From: an uncultured candidate division Zixibacteria bacterium
GTDB taxonomy: Bacteria; Zixibacteria; MSB-5A5; GN15; FEB-12
Assembly: GCA_963806185.1 (NCBI GenBank)
Contig: CAWDXE010000004.1
Coordinates: forward strand, 288,001-352,000
DNA length: 64,000 nucleotides
Reading direction: 5' to 3'
A model generated the notes under the pieces. The model saw only the letters and a list, made by a program, of their open reading frames with translations, had not been told where the DNA came from and made no database searches. The position numbers and the translations under genes were made by a program. Below are positions 61,641 to 64,000 of the stretch, piece after piece (position 1 is the stretch's first letter; every line of letters starts with the position of its first letter).

Positions 61641-61714
61641 GCCCCCGTAGCTCAGTTGGATAGAGCAGCAGTTTCCTAAACTGCGTGCCGCAGGTTCAAT
61701 TCCTGCCGGGGGTA
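61641..61714 (+). tRNA. tRNA-Arg(CCT)
   Basis: GCCCCCG/CGGGGGT acceptor; GCAGT-TT CCT AA-ACTGC. Confidence 0.93.
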
Positions 61715-61790
61715 TATTCTTGTCGGCGAGGGGGTCGCCAACTTATTTATCTAAAAGGGGATAGAGACGTCAATCGGGTGGGAAAAGCGG

Positions 61791-61819
61791 TTGACAGACA
61801 CGGTTGTCGCCACTATATT
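61791..61819 (+). promoter_or_regulatory. Promoter for the outer-membrane barrel gene
   Basis: TTGACA-17 bp-TATATT; AAGGAG upstream of ATG 61894. Confidence 0.65.
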
Positions 61820-61893
61820 TTTGCGTTTTGGGCGGGTAATCCGTCTTGATGAATAGGTATGTTACGGTTCTTCATCATAAGGAGTTGGGCAGG

Positions 61894-63281
61894 ATGAAAG
61901 GGTTGTTGGGCAAACTGGGGTTCGTCGTGCTATTTGTAGCGTCATCGGCCATGGCGCAAATTGAGCATCAATCGAATTCTTTTCAATATTCCTCAGACAT
62001 ATAACTACACGGGCGGGGGGGCGCGCGCTACCGGTATGGGTGGGGCGTTTCTGGGGATATCCGATGACGTTTCGGCGGTGACCTGGAATCCGGCCGGCCT
62101 GTATGGCGATAGAGAAGCCGACGCTGGGCCTCTCGTACAACGGTTTCTCGCCGCGCGGCGACTACAAGGCGCTGGGGCAGACGTTTAAGCAGGATCGGTC
62201 CTTCAGCAATTTGGCGATGGCCAGCTTTGCGTCGCCGATTCGTGTCAAAGGGCATCCGTTCGTTGCGTCGCTGAGCTACACGCAGAACTGGGATGAGTAT
62301 GACAACGGCGGATTCACGACAAACATCAGAATTGATCCGGACATTGCGGATAAGTTCGATACGGTCGACCAGTTCATCACTGTGCTGAGCGATTATTACA
62401 CGCACGTGAACACGGTGAACATAGGATTCGGAACGCAAATCAAACAAGATTTGCAGTTCGGTTTTGCCGCAAATGTCTACACAGGTGCCGGCCAAGGAAC
62501 CTACCATCTGAACGTGATCCGACCCGTCTGGCCCAATCCGCTTGATAACGGGATTCAGAGTGTTTCCGAACAGTACGACAGCACCAGGACCGACTCTGCT
62601 ACGTATTCCGGAATCAACTTTACCCTCGGGTTTAAGTTGGTGAAGCCGAAGTTCACGGCCGGCTTGATTGTGCGGACACCTTTCTCGCTCAAACAGATGG
62701 TCGATCAAACGGATGCGAGGCAGCTGACAATTCAGGGGCTGGTCTTTGACGATGCCACCCAGACGGCCTACCACGACAATTTGCTGACGAAGATCTCAAT
62801 GCCGCTGACGATTGGCGCCGGTGTCGGCTATAAGCTCAAGGAGAATCTTCTTGTGGGTCTGGACGCCGAAATCCGGTCGTTTAGTGACGCCAAGATCAAA
62901 GTGCGGGATTCGATCGTAATCATTCCGGGCGCCAAGGATGAGGAATACTACACGGAGTACACCACCGATTTCCGCAATGTCTTTACCGTTCGCGGCGGAG
63001 CCGAGTATCTGTGGAATACAAATACCAGTATCTTCCCGGTGGTACCGCTTCGGGTAGGCGCGGCGTATGTGCCGATTCCGGCCCCGAAATATGACGCCAG
63101 CGGTTCGGCGCAGACCGCCTCGGGGATGAACTTCTCGCTGGGCACGGGTGCGCAGTGGTCGCAGATAAAGCTGGATCTGGCCTACCAATATCAGACGTTG
63201 ACCCGGGAATACGCAAATTACGGGGCGAAACTGGAAGGCAAGAGCCATCGTTTCCAGTTAAGTTTCAGCGGCATTTTCTAG
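61894..63281 (+). CDS. FadL/PorV-like outer-membrane beta-barrel (two frameshifts near 61965 and 62105)
   Basis: Signal peptide ending AMA-Q; GARATGMGGAF....DD.SA..WNPAGL motif; amphipathic strands; C-terminal Phe. Confidence 0.8.
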
Positions 63282-63421
63282 CCGGAGTGACCGGACTACA
63301 GAATACTCAGCACCCTCCGCGGCGCGACCTGGCCGACAGGCTAAGTGAACGGAGGGCGCTGCCGACAAGATGAGCAAGACCCACGATCCGTTGGGCGCCG
63401 ACGCGACAAGGAGAGAGATCG

Positions 63422-64000
63422 ATGCAGAGCAAAGTAAAACTGACCAAGCGACAGATTAAAGAAGACAAGTTTGCCACGTTCGTGCTTTCCTCCAAATCAA
63501 AGGTGATGGAGAATTGGCAGTTTTACGCGATAGGTGCGGCCGCGGTTGTGCTGATAATCGCTGTGGCCATTTACTGGGGCAGCTCACAGACCTCGACCAA
63601 GAGCGAAGCCGGCGGCAAGCTGGCGCAGGCACTTATCGACTACCGGACAGGGAACACGCAGGTCGCCATTCTGTCGCTCAATCAAATCGTCGACGATTAT
63701 TCCAGTGATGACGCTGCCGAGCAGGCGACTTTCCTGCTGGGGCGGCTCAACTACTCGCAGAAGAATTACGCCGAGGCCACGCGGTATTACACGAAGTATC
63801 TGGACACGTTCAAGGCCGACAAGTACCGCCGTGCCGGAGCCATTGGCGGCATAGCCGCCTGCCTGGAGAATCAAGGACAATACGCTGAGGCCGCCGCAAA
63901 ATTCTCGGAGGCGGTAACTGAGGACCCGGACGGAGCGATGGCGGGTGAACATTTGTTGGGCGCAATGCGCAATTATCTCGCGGCTGGAGATGTTACCAAT
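63422..64000 (+). CDS. Membrane-anchored TPR protein (YfgM-like), runs off the window end
   Basis: MQSKVKLTKRQIKEDKF, TM AIGAAAVVLIIAVAIYW, TPR helices ATFLLGRLNY and AIGGIAACLENQGQYAEAA; AAGGAG SD; not in the ORF track because it has no stop. Confidence 0.75.
   Translation, partial: MQSKVKLTKRQIKEDKFATFVLSSKSKVMENWQFYAIGAAAVVLIIAVAIYWGSSQTSTKSEAGGKLAQALIDYRTGNTQVAILSLNQIVDDYSSDDAAEQATFLLGRLNYSQKNYAEATRYYTKYLDTFKADKYRRAGAIGGIAACLENQGQYAEAAAKFSEAVTEDPDGAMAGEHLLGAMRNYLAAGDVTN

Noticed and set aside
61808..61826. NrdR box-like CACTATATTTTTG
   Set aside because: Poor palindrome, coincides with a -10 element, and the downstream gene is not a ribonucleotide reductase

Overview
Core-genome region of a GC-rich diderm bacterium, probably candidate phylum Zixibacteria or an FCB-group relative (inferred from the style of the dockerin-tagged secreted proteins; not verified). 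1-22.2 kb: two secreted cohesin/dockerin proteins, glyA-MTH1187-cutA-TPR-nrdR, a CBS protein, uppS-cdsA-UbiA family-NlpC/P60-uvrC, a Tat-exported aldo-keto reductase, xseA-xseB-ispA-dxs, a secreted eukaryote-like LIM + DA1 zinc peptidase, nadK and tRNA-Gly. 22.4-55.6 kb: one contiguous transcription/translation supercluster (tRNA-Thr, tuf, rpmG, tRNA-Trp, secE, nusG, rplKAJL, rpoBC, rpsLG, fusA, a second tuf, and the S10, spc and alpha operons). Many of these essential genes, and glyA, are broken by single-base indels, mostly insertions. These are best read as long-read consensus errors, so the affected gene ends are approximate. 55.7-64 kb: plsY, gpsA, MerR, tRNA-Pro x2, GT2, surE, TIGR00725-like, acylphosphatase, apt, tRNA-Arg, an outer-membrane barrel and a truncated TPR gene. 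No CRISPR array, transposase, integrase or rRNA was seen. Most notable: the exported LIM-DA1 protease, the non-cellulosomal cohesin-dockerin proteins, the UbiA prenyltransferase coupled to cdsA, G-ending codon bias confined to the tuf genes, probable leaderless mRNAs and several candidate cis-regulatory RNAs. All calls were made by eye from motifs; no database searches were run.
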